64,000 nucleotides of DNA, from assembly GCA_964016885.1 (NCBI GenBank), contig OZ024741.1, positions 214,396,001 to 214,460,000 of the forward strand, read 5' to 3'. This document shows, in pieces, positions 26,186 through 40,731 of this stretch (its first letter is position 1; the number at the start of each line of letters is the position of its first letter). The DNA is from Eledone cirrhosa. Taxonomy: Eukaryota. Under the pieces are notes generated by a model, which searched no databases, was not told the DNA's origin, and worked only from the letters and a program-made list of their open reading frames with translations. A program made the position numbers and the translations under genes.

Positions 26186-28689
26186 AATACCTAGGTATAA
26201 TGAGGCCATCTGGGTATGGTGGTGGTGATGGGGTGGTGTGGAAGGATGCTTTACTGTTGATTTTGTTTGTTTATTTGTCTGTTGTCTTTTATATTTATTT
26301 TAGATTCCCTGCCTCATTACCTCCACCCCACCCCTCCAACCTCTCCTCATGCTACACCCCCACCTCAACCCAACCAACCCTACCCTCTCCAGCCCCACCT
26401 CTCCAACCTCTCCTCATGCTACATCTCCACCCCGCCCCACCAACCCACTCCTTCCAACCACTCCCCATGCTACACCCTCAGCCTGGCCCCACCAACGCCC
26501 TCATCCCTACCACTGCTATCAAGGTAAAGGGTTTGTCTCTCCTGTTTTAGTCAGTACACTCATTCTTCCATTCATACTCCCACCATCACCTTGCTCTTCT
26601 CAGCATCCCTCCCTCCTCTTTTGCTCTACTCCCACTCCCATTCCTTCTCCCCCCCCCCCAATAATCCCCCCCCCCTTACAAACTCCTTCTTCTCCCTCAT
26701 CGACCCCTCTGCAGCTCATATTCACTAAGCTTGCTTCCTCTTGCCCTTCACAACCCCTCTTGGTCTCTTTTTATCACCACAGTAAGTATATACCCTGCCC
26801 CTCACACTTCCCTTTTGTTCAGCCCTCCCCCTTCCACAGTAGTGTACACCTCCTGCCCCTCACAATTCCCTTTTGTTCAGCCCTCCCCTTCGACAGTAAG
26901 CACTCCCCACTCTGCAGTAAATACACTGCCCTTCACAGTTCCCTCTTGTTCAGCACCCCCCCCCCCCCCATCTGCAGTATCTTACACATCCTGCACTTCA
27001 GATCACCCTCTTGTCCTCCCCTCCTCCCTCTGCAGTAGTGTACAGCCCTTGCCCTTCACTGTTCCTTCTTGTCCCCCCCCCCCTAACCCTACAGTAATGT
27101 AGACATGTATTGTGCGCAAACCCTACTCACCTCTTCTGCTCTTATCAACCATATAAACTACAAGGGCTTCACATCCCTCTAGACTTAACAGGTGCACTGA
27201 TATATACTTTACCATGGCTCCCTATCTGTACCCCATGTCAGAAAAAAGGGAGTGTTGTTGCAGTGTCACTAGAAGGGGGGGGGGTATCCTTACCACAACT
27301 AATCTCAGATCTTTCTCAAATCCTATCCTAAGGGATAGGTTACATTGGTTAATGTATTCCAAGATAAATTATGCTTGAATAAAATATGAGATAATCACAG
27401 CTGGAATGTGTGTGATCATAAATCTGATTATTCTGGGACAAATTGACGCTAAACAGCAAGAGTATCATGGGGTTACCTCTAGGGAACCAGTCAACTTGCT
27501 AGGAATAGCAGCCAAATCTCACTCTTATCTTCATCCTTTAACATTTGTTTCCTCTGCTAACTAGCTAGTTTTGGGTAGATCTTTATAGACTGAGTTGTAC
27601 TAAAAGAGAGCTACTGACTTCACAGATAGGCCAAGAGGCCTGCATCTTGGTTCTACATATTGTTCAGAAGATCAGAAGAGAGATGCGGAAACCTCCACAC
27701 CATCTCCCTATTGTATTTAAGAAAATAACAAATACACTGGATAATGCTATTTGAGATACAATGTAACTGAGAGATGGTCAATGCCTCGAACACCTTTAAT
27801 CATAAATTTGTTGAACTGTGATCTGATCTCACAAAGGTCAATTTTGGCTTTCATCCTTCCACAAGGGATCAGTAAAAGAAATTATCCCTCAAATATTAGG
27901 GTCTATTTGATCAACTAAATATGGCCCCTAACCCTTAAAAAATTTGACATCTTGTACTTGTGTTCAAAATCATTAGTAATATTGATTTTGGATTTCTGTT
28001 ATGTAGCACCTCATTTGTGCCCTTCCCCACATCACTGCCCCCCCCCCTCCTGGTTGAGGACACAAATGCCCTTTTGTTGAAAAGGTACCACAATAAAAAG
28101 CACAGTGTATAGTGTTAGTTCTAGTGCCATGAAAATGCATCTAGCCCACACTGTAAAGTGTAAGTTCTGGTGTTATGATAAAAAGCCCCCAGTGCACCCT
28201 GTCAGGTCATAGTGTCAGTGCCATGATAAAATGCATCCAGAACAGACCATGAAGTACTTGGCATTAGGAAGGTATAGAGGTATAGAAACCTCGGTCAAGT
28301 AACATGTCTAGACTCTGAAAGTGACAACCAATCAAATCCATGCAAGAATGGAAAATAGATTAAACATTGATGATGATTTTGAGTTCAATGTCTGTTGAGA
28401 TCAACTCTGCCTTTAATCCTCATGTGGTTGATAAAATAAAGTTTTAGTCAAGTACTGGGGTCGATATGACAAGCCAGCTCCTAAATTTTCACCTTGTTCT
28501 TATGTATGACATAATTATTAATATCACTATTGTCTTCAAAAGGGTTTATATAATTTTGTGTATGCTAAAAGGAACTAAAAGGATTTGCTGTAAAAAGAGC
28601 ATCCAGTTGTAAAAGATTGCCTCAAATCCTCTCACAAGTCCTGCAAGGCTAATTTTTACTTTAGCAGTGAAAATATCATTAAAACACTT

Positions 28690-29300
28690 GTTAATTGACA
28701 TTTATTTTACATCCATCTTTCCATGTTTGCATGGATTTGATGATTCTTCTGTACTGCATCTCTCCACTTGTTTCTTTCCTGTGTCTTCACTTTTGTAAGT
28801 TTCAGCATCTTGAGATAAGTTTTCATGACATCTATACACGATAACTTTCTTTGTGTTCCTCTTCCACAACTTCCTTCCACTTGGAACTTCTGGTATTTCT
28901 TCAACCCAATGATCATCGTCCCATCTGTATTACTCTCTTGTTTAAACTGCAACTGATCGCAATTATGCCCAGTTGTTCTCTCAGCTCATCCATGTTTCAT
29001 CATTCACACGCACTAACATTGCCCATCCAATGAAACATGTTTGATTTATTTTTCTCCAGCCTTCACAGTTTCTCTGCAATCAGTTCCAAAGTCTCACTAC
29101 TATGCAACATTGCACTTTCAAATCATGTATCACACAATCTACCCTTAACTCGGAAAGAGAACCTGTTTGTTACTAGTAGATATACTAGTGCCCTCAACAT
29201 CTTCTACCCTTGTACTTATTTCAGTTAATACACTTTGAAAGTAACCTCTTCAACTGCTAATTGCCTTACCTGGACAGATAAAGCCCTCAATCAACTTCTC
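28690..29300 (-). mobile_element. Old RTE LINE 3' fragment
   Basis: Degenerate similarity to the RT C-terminus (VEGSCGRG..., MLHSSET). Confidence 0.7.
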
Positions 29301-30289
29301 AGGAACCTTCCAGTGATTGTAATAATTTTTTTTCACTGGTGTTCCTACTACCAACAACAGTCCTTGCACACCTGTTGACCTCTATTTTGTAGATAAATAA
29401 TTATGGAAATGTCAAAATTATTTCATAAGGGGAAGTTGAGTTGTGAGGAGGTAGGAGTGACTGATATAAGCTCTCTTTTTTAATTTTTTAAAATCTGATA
29501 TTCAACAGTCCTTGCACACTTTTGTTTTATTTACACAGTGCACGCTGTAAAATGGTTGGTGTTAGGAAGGGTATCCAGCTGTAGAAAGGTTTCCTAGCAA
29601 GGGTTCAGGAGGATCTTTCAGTTTGTGTCAAAAGACACAAACACTTCTTTTCTGTACTTGATAATAACTGTGAGTGAAATACAGACCTCTCTGGTGGACT
29701 ATCTGGTATGTCAGTGGCACCCCTTCAGTACTAACTTGGTCTATGTAGACCTGTCCAACCCTTGCTAGCAGGAAAAGGGGACGTATGATGATGATGATAT
29801 CAAAATTATATTTGATATGGGCTTGATGAGTGATGGGGAGGAGCGAACGACATAATCTCTATTTTCTTTTATATTTATCTATCCTGGTGTCTGATATTGA
29901 ATTAAAGCTCATCATAGCATGGAAGACAAAATTCTTTTCTTCTTCTCAACATGCTGCTACATGTTTCTGGTGTGATCATGTAAAATACAAACCTATTTTC
30001 CTTCCTTTATTATATCTGAACATTTGTCTTCCCTAGTGAATACCTTTTCTTTATTCTTTCTTCATAACGTTCTCTCTTTCTTTTGTTCTCCCTTTCTTTT
30101 GTTCTTTCTTTGTTGATTTTATAGTTTATATATTTTGCTATCTCCAGTATATATACACCAGTATTTAGTTCATGATCATTTTTTGACATCCTATTTCAAG
30201 CTTGTATGGGTTAGACACGTCTTCTCCAGTACAAGCTCTCTCTACTTGTCTCTTCCCTGTGTCATCTCCTTTGTTAAGTTTAGTTTCAT

Positions 30290-30577
30290 GACTTTCGGAA
30301 ACATTTTTTCATACTCAGAGTTGCTGAAGCATGGAACAAACTACCTGCATCAGTTATTAGCTGTCGAGACACTGCACCCTTTAAAACCTCCATGCTTCCT
30401 GAGATTCACCAACACTGCACCTAATATTCCCCCTCCATACACATGCGCACATGTATATAATGACTCAGACACTATTCACTTCCCTGACATTTGTATATTA
30501 TTCTATGCACTATACATGCACCTTTGATGAGTTGTAGTGCACCTGAGCACTGTACACAATAATTTCATTATTATTAA
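30290..30577 (+). mobile_element. CR1/L2-type LINE 3' end with (ATT)n tail
   Basis: Translates FRKHFFILRVAEAWNKLPASVI (FF..RV...WN.LP motif). Confidence 0.78.
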
Positions 30578-30595
30578 GAGGTCATTATTATTAAG

Positions 30596-30780
30596 GGCGG
30601 TGGATTGGCAGTATCGGTAGAGGGTCGGACGCCATGCTTTCCAACATAGTTACGTCCCTTTACGATCTGAGTTCAAATCCCGCCGAGGTTGACTTTGCCT
30701 TTCATCCTTACGGGGTCGATAAAATAAAGTACCAGTAATGCACTGGGTAATTGCTGGCCTTGTGCCTAAAGTAGAAACTA
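30596..30780 (+). mobile_element. SINE family A, young, with target-site duplication
   Basis: Near-consensus copy; TATTATTAAGAGGTCA is repeated either side (~30569 and ~30779). Confidence 0.9.
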
Positions 30781-31289
30781 TTATTAAGAGGTCAGCTTTC
30801 ACCACCTCTACATGAGTTAGACAGGTCCTCTCTCGTACTTCATCCATTTACTTGTCATTCCCTTATGTCATCTCATTTGTGAGGTTTACTTTCTTGATGT
30901 CAGCTTTCACCATCTCTGCATGGGTTAGACAGGTCTTCTCCAGTTAAGCATTTTTCTACTTTCAGCTCCTCTCCCTATGTCTTTTGTGGTCTTCCTTTCC
31001 TGCAGTTTCCTTGCACTTGGAATTCCTGGTATTTCTTCACCCTACATCTCTTGTTTTATCCCTACTTCCTCACCGTGGCAGTTGGAAGGGCTCTGAAAAA
31101 TACTTAGGTCGCTAAAGTCCTACAAAATGTCAAAGATCTTAACACTATATGACATCACACTACACCACTTAACACTGTACCACAAATCAGCACACTACAC
31201 CACAAAGCACTATACCTCACCTCTCTTTCTCACTCAGTTTCACATCTTACACTTATGTAGGTATAATCAACTATATCAAACCTGATATA

Positions 31290-31610
31290 ATAACTGGTAC
31301 TTTACTTATCGACCCCGTAAGGATGAAAGGCAAAGCTAAACTCAGTGGATTTGAACTCAGAACGTAAAGAGCCATGATAATATTAATAATAATAATAATT
31401 GGTTTTACTTTAGGCACAAGGCCAGCAATTTGAAGGGGAGGGGGTAATTAAATCGACCCTAGTTCATTACTGGTGGTTTATTTTATCGACCCCATAAAGA
31501 TGAAAGGCAAAGCTAACCTCAGTGGAATTTGAACTCGGAATGTAAAGGGCCATGAATCTGTGCCACTAAGCATGTTGTCCAATGCTCTACTGATTTTGCC
31601 AATTTACCAT
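31290..31610 (-). mobile_element. Two SINE family A copies
   Basis: Reverse complement core and B-box at ~31350 and ~31530. Confidence 0.8.
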
Positions 31611-31619
31611 AATATTTAT

Positions 31620-31925
31620 AATGATAATAAAGAAAGTAAACAGTGTTGGATCATAGATATAGCCTGTCCAGCTGATGACAATATATGTGATAAAGAAGGA
31701 ACAAAAACATATATAGATATGGCAGGTTAGCTTAGGAGATTAAGAAGTTGTGGTCAATTAAAAAGGTGGTGGTAATACTAATACAAGTTGGAGTCTTGGG
31801 AACAGTGAGTAGAGACCTTGAGAAGTACACCAAATCAATAGGGATTCCAATATGGATGGAGCACTTTCAAAAAACAACATTGCTTGGAACAGCCTGGATA
31901 CTTCGGAGGGTACTTGAAAAATAAG
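31620..31925 (+). mobile_element. R4/Dong-type non-LTR retrotransposon restriction-like endonuclease fragment (decayed)
   Basis: Translates CWIIDIACPADDNI...EIKKLW...VGVLGTV...KTTLLGTAWILRRVL, with a stop and a frameshift. Confidence 0.8.
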
Positions 31926-31993
31926 GGGTGTTACCTCAGTTCACCAATAGTGAACAGATAACACTAATACATTAGAAGCTGGGCAAAGAAACA

Positions 31994-32430
31994 ATCATCA
32001 TCATCATCATCATCTTCGTTTAACATCCATCTTCCATGCTAGCATGGGTTAGACGGGAGTTGTCCCACTTGAGGCAAGGCTGGTCGGGTGACCATGTCTC
32101 GCTCATATAGGACTATCTGGCAGCTTTTCTACGGCTGGATGCCCTTCCTAACACCAACCACATTTACAGTGTGGAACTGGGAACTTTTTACTGTGTTACC
32201 TACACGACCACATTACAGCGTGGACCGTGTGTTTTTTTGGTGTGACACCTACACGACCTCGATCCCATTATCTCATTTATTTGGACTGGATGTTGTGGTA
32301 CCAACTTTACAGAGAGAGGGTGGTGTTGGTGGGAGTGGGAGAATAGAGTAGGGGTAGTGGATTGGGGTGTATATTTGGGTGTATACATTGGGGTGTATAT
32401 ATTGGGGTGTATATATTGGGGTGTATATTT
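31994..32430 (-). mobile_element. RTE 3'UTR fragment
   Basis: Reverse complement of 5820-6148. Confidence 0.85.
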
Positions 32431-34274
32431 GTATAAACAATAATAATAATATTCATGATTTGTAATATTGGAGTTGATTCAATTGTCTACCCATCTCCCC
32501 CTCAAATCTATGGCCTTTTGCCAGTATTAGAATAATGATTTTTAATTTTGGCAGCAGCCCACAGACTTGGGGGCATAGGAAGAGTTTAGCTCCATACTTG
32601 ATTCTTTATTTTGGTGACTACTTGAAACACACTTATTATATTGATCCTTTGTTGCTGTTGTTGTTTTTGTAGCTCACGCCACAGTTCTATCATGCTTCTG
32701 TTGTTGTTTTTGTTGTTATAACTTCACTTATGTAGGTTTAGCTGGCTTCCAAGGTTGAATATAAGAGGTTGCTTGGCCCCTGACCTATCATGTTTTTACC
32801 GTTGACCCATATGTAGGTTTCACTGATCTCTCATGAGGCTGCTTCTCATGTAAGATTTGTCAGGTGTTTAAGGATAGGGTCTCCTGTCCTATCAAGTTAT
32901 TTTTATGCAGGTTAAGCTACTCTACTATGAGTTAACATTTTGTATGTGAATTTTCAAGTGTTTAATTATAGGGGCCACAGTTGATGTTACAGTTTATCCC
33001 TATGCAGGGCTAGCTGTTTTTTTACAAGGTTATATCTCATATGAACTTTTTTCATGTATTTTAAAAATAGGGGCCCAGTAGTATCTGTATTGATCCCATG
33101 GTAGGATTTCATTTTCGAATATGACAGGGATGTAACATATGCAACACTGAATCTGCTAACCCTTTGCATATCAAATCCTTGGAAATTGACCACGATTTTA
33201 GGATAAAAAGATGACCGTTTGTTATAAAATGTTCATATTTAACTAAAAATCTTTCATCATAATTTTATGTAAGAAATTTAAAGTTATGTTCAAAACCATA
33301 GCTTAATAATGAGAAAGTCATATTACTAAATCCTTCCCTTTCAAATTCTTGCTTATTTAAAAAATAATTTTGAACGAGTTAAAGTGTCTATCATAATCAT
33401 CATCATCATCATCATCATCACTGTTTAATGTCCATTTTGCCATGTTAGCATGGGTTAGATGGGTTATTCCGTTGTGAGACAAGCCAGATGTTAGCTTGGT
33501 TTCTACATCTGGATGCCCTTTCTAATGCCTACCACATTTACAGTGTGTACTGGGGGATTTTTATCGTGGCACCAAAACAACCACTTTACAGTGTTTATTT
33601 TTATCTAACATTCTACCAAATTTATGAGAAACTTCGTCATATATTATCAACTCCCTTTAAATTCTTGCTTATTTTAAAAATAGCCATGAAGTGTCTATAT
33701 TTATTTAACATCCTACCAAAATTCTACCAACATTGGTAGTATTGGTAGAGGGTTGGACACCATGCTTTTGCAGTACATTACATAAGGATGAAAGGCAAAG
33801 TTAACCTTAGCGGGATTTGAACTCAGACCATAAAGGGCCGTAACTCTATGCTGCAAAGCATTGTCTGATGCTCTACCGGTTCTGCCAATCCACCACCAAT
33901 ATGCCAAAAAATAACAATGAAGGGGTTAAAGTGTCCATATTTGTCTAGCTAAAATCCTACAAACCTTTTGAGAAAATGTTACTAAATGTTACTAAAATGT
34001 TACTAAATCCCCCCAAGTTCTTGATTACTATCAAAATTATTTAAAAAAATCTTTGCCAGTGTAGTTCGTTAGAAATATGATAATGAAAGAGTTAATTATG
34101 TCTTCTGATAGAAAAAGCTGAAACTGATATTGCATGAAATATTTTCTCTCATTCACTCTGTTTTATGCTACACATTAATTAATTATTAATTATATTTAAT
34201 GTGGCTTAAAACATCAACATAATTAAATGTGGCTGTTGTTGGTTGGCTCAGGGGTACTCTGTTCACCTCATTAT

Positions 34275-35900
34275 ACTCCACACTACACCATACCACACGG
34301 TACCACATCACACTACACCACACCACACAACACAACACTGCACTACACCACATCACACCACATTACACTACACAACACTGCACCACATCACACTGCACTG
34401 CACCACACCACACAACACTGCATCACACAACACTGCACTACACCACACCATATACCACATTACACTACACTACATTGCACCACACCATACCATATACCTC
34501 ACTACACTACACCATACTACACCACATCACACTACACGACAACACACTACACCACCTCACACTACACCACACAACCTCATACCACACTACACTACACTAC
34601 ACTACACTACACTACACTACACCACACTACACCGCACTACACCACACTACACCACACCACACTACACCACCTCACACTACACCACACAACCTCATACCAC
34701 ACCACACTACACCACACTACACTACACCACACTACACCTCACTACACTACACCACACTACATCTCACTACACTACACCATACTACACCACATCACACTAC
34801 ACCACACCACACTACACCACCTCACACTACACCACACAACCACATACCACACTACACCACACAACCTCACACCACACTATACCACACTACACTACACTAC
34901 ACCACACCACACTACACCACACTACACCACACTACACTGCACTACACCACACTACACCACACCACACTACGCCACACCACACTACGCCACACCTCACTGC
35001 ACCAAACTACACCACACTACACCACACCACACTACACCACACTACACCGCACCACACTAAACCACACCACACTACACCACACCACACTACACCACACTAC
35101 ACCACACTACACCTCACTACACCACACTACACTACACCATACTACACCTCACTACACTACACCATACTACACCACATCACACTACACCACACCACACTAC
35201 ACCACCTCACACTACACCACACAGCCTCATACCACACCACACAGCCTCATACCACACCACACTACACCACACCACACTACACCACATCACACTACACCAC
35301 ACTACACTACACTACACTACACGGCACTACACCACACTACACCACACCACACTACACCACCTCACACTACACCACACAACCTCATACCACACCACACTAC
35401 ACCACACCACACTACACCACACTACACCACACTACACCTCACTACACCTCACCACACTACACCACACCACACTACACCTCACCACACTACACCACACCAC
35501 ACTACACCACATCACACTACACCACACCACACTACACCACATCACACTACACCACACCACACTACACCCCACCACACTACACCACACCACACTACCTAAC
35601 ACCACACCACCCCACACCACACTATACCATACCACACTACACCACACCACACCCTACCACACCTTACCACACCACACTACACCACACCACACCGCACTAC
35701 ACCACACCACACTACACCACACCACACTACACCACATCACACTACACTACACCACACCACACTACACCACATCACACTACACCACACCACACTACACCAC
35801 ATCACACTACACCACACTACACCACACCACACTACACTACACCACACCACACTACACCACACTACACTACACTACACTACACTACACTACACCACATCAC
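34275..35900. repeat. ~1.6-kb pentanucleotide array (CACAC/CACTA)n
   Basis: Direct inspection; source of the His/Thr pseudo-ORFs. Confidence 0.97.
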
Positions 35901-36000
35901 ATAATTGAAAAGTCTACGTTGGTAAATATGGGATTTCTTGTAATGTTCTTTTATTGCAATATATAATGTGTTTTTTTTTTATGTAAAATAAAATTATTAG

Positions 36001-36210
36001 ATTGGCAGTATCGGTAGAGGGTCAGACAACATGCTTTGCAGCATAGAGTTACGCCCCTTCATGATCTGAGTTCAAATCTCGCCGAGGTTAGCTTTGCCTT
36101 TCATCCTTACGGGGTTGATAAAATAATGTACCAGTAACGCACTGGGTTCGATTTAATCGACTTTCCCCTCCCCTTCAAATTGCTGGCTTTGTGCCTAAAG
36201 TAGAAACAAT
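36001..36210 (+). mobile_element. SINE family A (long variant)
   Basis: A-box, B-box, core, extra GATTTAATCGACT segment, tail. Confidence 0.88.
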
Positions 36211-36739
36211 TAAATTCTCCAGCTGCTGTATTGGTATGAATCACTTACAATAAAAATTCGCTGGAAATAGATTAGCAAAATTTAATAAATGGTGGGTGGT
36301 TCGGAATAAAATCGCGGAGGGCAGGGGCGTTTAGAAAAATCTGAAAAATTAATAAGCAGGTGGTGGGGGAATTATTGAAAACCTGAGAGTACTTCTAACC
36401 ATGCCCATCAATATCACAAGCACTCACACATGTGTGTGTGTATGTATGTATCCATGTTCGTCTGGTTTTATAATTTCACAAATTTTTGCCAATAGAGAGA
36501 GAGTCGGTTTCTAACATAGACACAAGACCCTATGATTGGAATTTACACATCAACATCAACTAGGTAGATATGTATGCATGTGTAGGTATGGATGTTATTG
36601 TATGTGTCGATGTGTATGTTTTGATTTGTATGTGTGCATGTGTATATGCTTTGTATCTGTACATGTGTATATGCAGTTATTAGATGCAACCTTTTTGGAA
36701 TGTTTTACATATTTTTACTGTTCCATTAATGGATTGTAC

Positions 36740-37130
36740 TTGTAGTTTCCTAACTAGTTGTGTTCTTTCTGTTCCTGTGAAGCCTAGCTTCTCTAGATTT
36801 GTATTGAGGCAGTTACTAACATCCCCAAGTGCCCCTATAATCACAGGCATAAATCTAAAGGTATATCTGCAGATTTCTCATCAGTTCTGCATAAATATTC
36901 TCCTTTTCGCTAATCTTTGATATTATATTGGCATCTGCTGGGCAGCTAACTTCCACTACTGTGCATGCTTTCTTCTCCCTGTCCCATATCATAATATCTG
37001 GTGTGTTATGCCTGCATTTTATTGGGGTTTTTATTGGAACATTCCACCAGTACTCTTTCATAATATGTCTTCCACATTGCTGTAGCTTTTAATGTGTTTG
37101 TTATCGGGGCTAGCCTTTCTACGGATTGCA
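36740..37130 (-). mobile_element. R4/Dong-type restriction-like endonuclease fragment
   Basis: WWNVPIKT...HNTPDIMIWDREKKACTVVEVSCPADANI...KENIYAEL then PVIIGALG: PD-(D/E)-type RLE motif. Confidence 0.82.
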
Positions 37131-37436
37131 TTGTATGTATGTATGTGTGTTTGTGTATGTATGTATGTATGTCCAACATTACCACAATAATCTATGACTG
37201 GTCAATTGACACAAAGCTCAAGTTATTTTGGGCTAAATCAGAACTGTAATTTCACTTTGACCTTACACCAGTTCACCTTTGACCTCAACACCACCAACTA
37301 TTGTACTAACCTAATGTTTGGTCTGACCTTCTTCTCTCTCTCTCCCTCTCTCTATCCATATATCTCTCTATTCTTCTCTCTCTCACTCCATATATCCCTC
37401 TATTTCTCTTTGTCTCTCTGCCTATTTCTCTCTCTT

Positions 37437-37516
<80 letters not shown>

Positions 37517-37979
37517 GCAAGAGAAAGTGATAACGTTGAGGATTGTGTATCAACCCCACCCGCCCCCGCACCTAGCCGCAAGCTCACACGCTCACCCACA
37601 CATCCACCCACCCCCCTACACACACACACTCTCACACACTTACCCACCCACCTACACACACTCACCCACCCACCCACTCACCCACCCCCATACACCCAAC
37701 CACCCACCAATATTCACAAACACACACACCCACTCAAAACTCACCCACCCCACACCCACCCAACCACCCACCAAGACTCACACACTCACCCCTGTATCAA
37801 GATATTTAATTAATAGCTAGTAATTTCATGAGTCAATGTATTATCATCACCATCATACGCATCACTATCATCATCACTATACTTGCCACATCATCATCAT
37901 CATCATCATCATCTGCATCATTATGCAGATCAGTGATTGTTATCATAGTTCTGCTTGATCAGGACTTACCTGGGGCTAA

Positions 37980-38590
37980 ACACCACTACTAACACCATTT
38001 CTACTAACAGCACCATTACTACTACTACTACCAACAACACTACCATCAACACAACCCACACAATCATCATCATCAAAGACACCACGGTTAAAAACGTTAC
38101 CACTACCGCCACCACCACCACCATCAACACTATCAACACCACCGTTGCCATCACCAAAACAACCACCAACAGCACCACCATCAACGCCACCACCGCCACC
38201 ATTGCCACCACCATCGTCAACACCACCACCGCCACCACCATCATCAACACCACCACCACCACCACCAACACAAACATCAACACTATCAACACCACCGCTA
38301 CCATCACCAAAACAACCACCAACAGCACCACTACCACCACCATCAACACCACCACCACCGCCGCCGCCACCACTAACGCCACCACCACCACTAACACCAC
38401 CACCACTACCACCACCACCGCCGCCAACATCACTAACGCCACCACCACCACCATCAACACTAACGCCACCACCACCATCAACACCACCACCACCACCACT
38501 ACCACCACTAACGCCACCACCATCAACACCACCACGACCACCACCATCAACACCACTGCCACCACCACCACCATCATTAACAACAACAAT
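37980..38590. repeat. (CAC/CAA)n trinucleotide tract
   Basis: Open in several frames on both strands; low complexity. Confidence 0.88.
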
Positions 38591-38959
38591 ATACTATATA
38601 CCTGTGCTATATTCTATAGTATTAGCTGCTGTTACTACTGATGTAAAGATGACATTCCATAGGAAATATGAGAAGTGTATGTTGAGTCTGGTGGGGGTGG
38701 AGTGGTGGGTGGAGTTATGTAGTGTTGTAGTGTGGTGTAATGTGTGCTGTTATATTTCTTGACTGACTAAACCTCCACCCCACCACCACCACTACTACTA
38801 CTACTAACGCCATCACTACTACCACCACCATCACTACTACCACCACCACCACCACTACTACTACTACTACTACGACAGTTGCAGCAGTAGTTATTCAGTG
38901 TATTCTCTGTACTCAGACACTCCTTTCAAGTAAGTGACCCCCCCCCCCCCTGTCAAATA

Positions 38960-39024
<65 letters not shown>

Positions 39025-39210
39025 GAGTACCATCATCATCATTTTACGTCCACTTTTCCCTGCTTGTATATATACATCACCCCCCCCCATACACACACAC
39101 ACATATACATATATATACATACACACATATACTGTAGTAAAAGTTTGATTGAAATAGACAAGTATAAGAGCACTCAGTCAATAGGATGAGTTAAGATGAG
39201 ACTAATTATG

Positions 39211-39257
<47 letters not shown>

Positions 39258-39268
39258 ATATAGGTATA

Positions 39269-39305
<37 letters not shown>

Positions 39306-39318
39306 ATATATATATATA

Positions 39319-39390
<72 letters not shown>

Positions 39391-39395
39391 CATAT

Positions 39396-40708
39396 ATGGC
39401 AATAACGGAGGAGTTTAAGACCGGATGCCCATGGGAACTCCTGTATGCTGATGACCTCGCACTCATAGCTGAATCTATGGTAGAACTAGAGAATAAATTC
39501 CAAACCTGGAAGCAGGGACTAGAGAGAAGGGGCCTCAAAGTCAACATGACAAAGACTAAGGTCCTTATAAGTAGACGAGAAAACAGAACCCAGATCCCCT
39601 CAGGGAAATGGCCTTGCTCAGTATGTAGGAAAGGTGTAGGTAGGAACTCCATTCTTTGCCCCAAATGCAAACAATGGGTACACAAGAGATGTAGCGGGAT
39701 CTCAGGAAGCTTAATTAAGAATGTAGGATTCACATGCAGCAGCTGTGCTGAAACAGCAAGCAAACAGCCACAGGAAACAAGTACCACCAATCTCTGGGAG
39801 GGCCCTGTAGAAACAGTAGACAGCTTCTGCTACCTAGGTGACCGAATTAGCAACGGAGGTGGGTGCTCAGAAAGTACAATAACTAGGGTAAGAACGGGAT
39901 GGAAGAAGTTTAGGGAACTACTACCACTGCTAGCTGCAAAAGGCTTCTCCCTCAGAATGAAAGGCAGACTGTATGATGCGTGTATCCGAACAGCGATGTT
40001 GCATGGTAGTGAGACCTGGGCGCTGAAGGTGGAAGACTTACGTAGATTAGAGAGAAACGAAGCCTGCATGCTCCGATGGATGTGTAACAGTGATATACGT
40101 GAACGACAAAGCATAAATGAATTGAGAGAGAGACTGAGCATAGGAGGAATCAAATGCTGCGTGCAGGAGAGGCGGTTACGCTGGTATGGACATGTGATGC
40201 GTATGAAGGATGACAGCTGCATAAAAAGGTGCAGAGCACTAGAAGTTGATGGAAACCGCGGAGTGGGGAGACCCAAGATGACTTGGGATGAGGTGATAAA
40301 AGCCGACCTTACCCAACTACACCTCTCAAAGTCAATGACACACGACCGTGACTTCTGGCGTCACGCAGTAATACAGGGTACCCGACCTCCCATGGGTACA
40401 TGCTGAAGCATATAAACAATATGCCCCCCCCCCCCACCGCAAGGTGGTCGTGGAGGTGCCACGGCAAAAAAGCACCCAGCCCACACTGTAAAGTGGACGT
40501 GTAGGCGCCACGAAAAAGCACCCAGCACTCACTGTAAATGAGGTTGGTGTTAGGAAGGGCATCCAGCTGTAGAAATCAAGCCAGATCAGTTCCTGTATGA
40601 GCAAGGCATGGTCAGCCGACCAGACACTGCCCACAACAGGACAACCCGTCTAACCCATGCTAGCGTGGAAGAACGGACGTAAAACGGTGATGATGATGAT
40701 GATGATGA
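39396..40708 (+). mobile_element. 5'-truncated RTE-clade LINE: RT from the YADD motif, PHD-like Cys finger, C-terminus, 3'UTR, (GAT)n tail
   Basis: Uninterrupted ORF to 40406: [28 protein letters not shown]...VHKRC...CSSC, FCYLGD, MLHGSETW, GRPKMTW; both ends abut (TA)n. Confidence 0.95.
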
Positions 40709-40731
40709 TATATATATATATGTATATATTA

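Noticed and set aside
34227-35904. His/Thr-rich 277-553 aa ORFs
   Set aside because: Pentanucleotide satellite; a period of 5 gives the same peptide in all frames.
37955-38762. Mucin-like Thr-rich or extensin-like Pro-rich ORFs
   Set aside because: Trinucleotide low-complexity tract with no ATG start or signal peptide and no clear splice context; an exon cannot be fully excluded.
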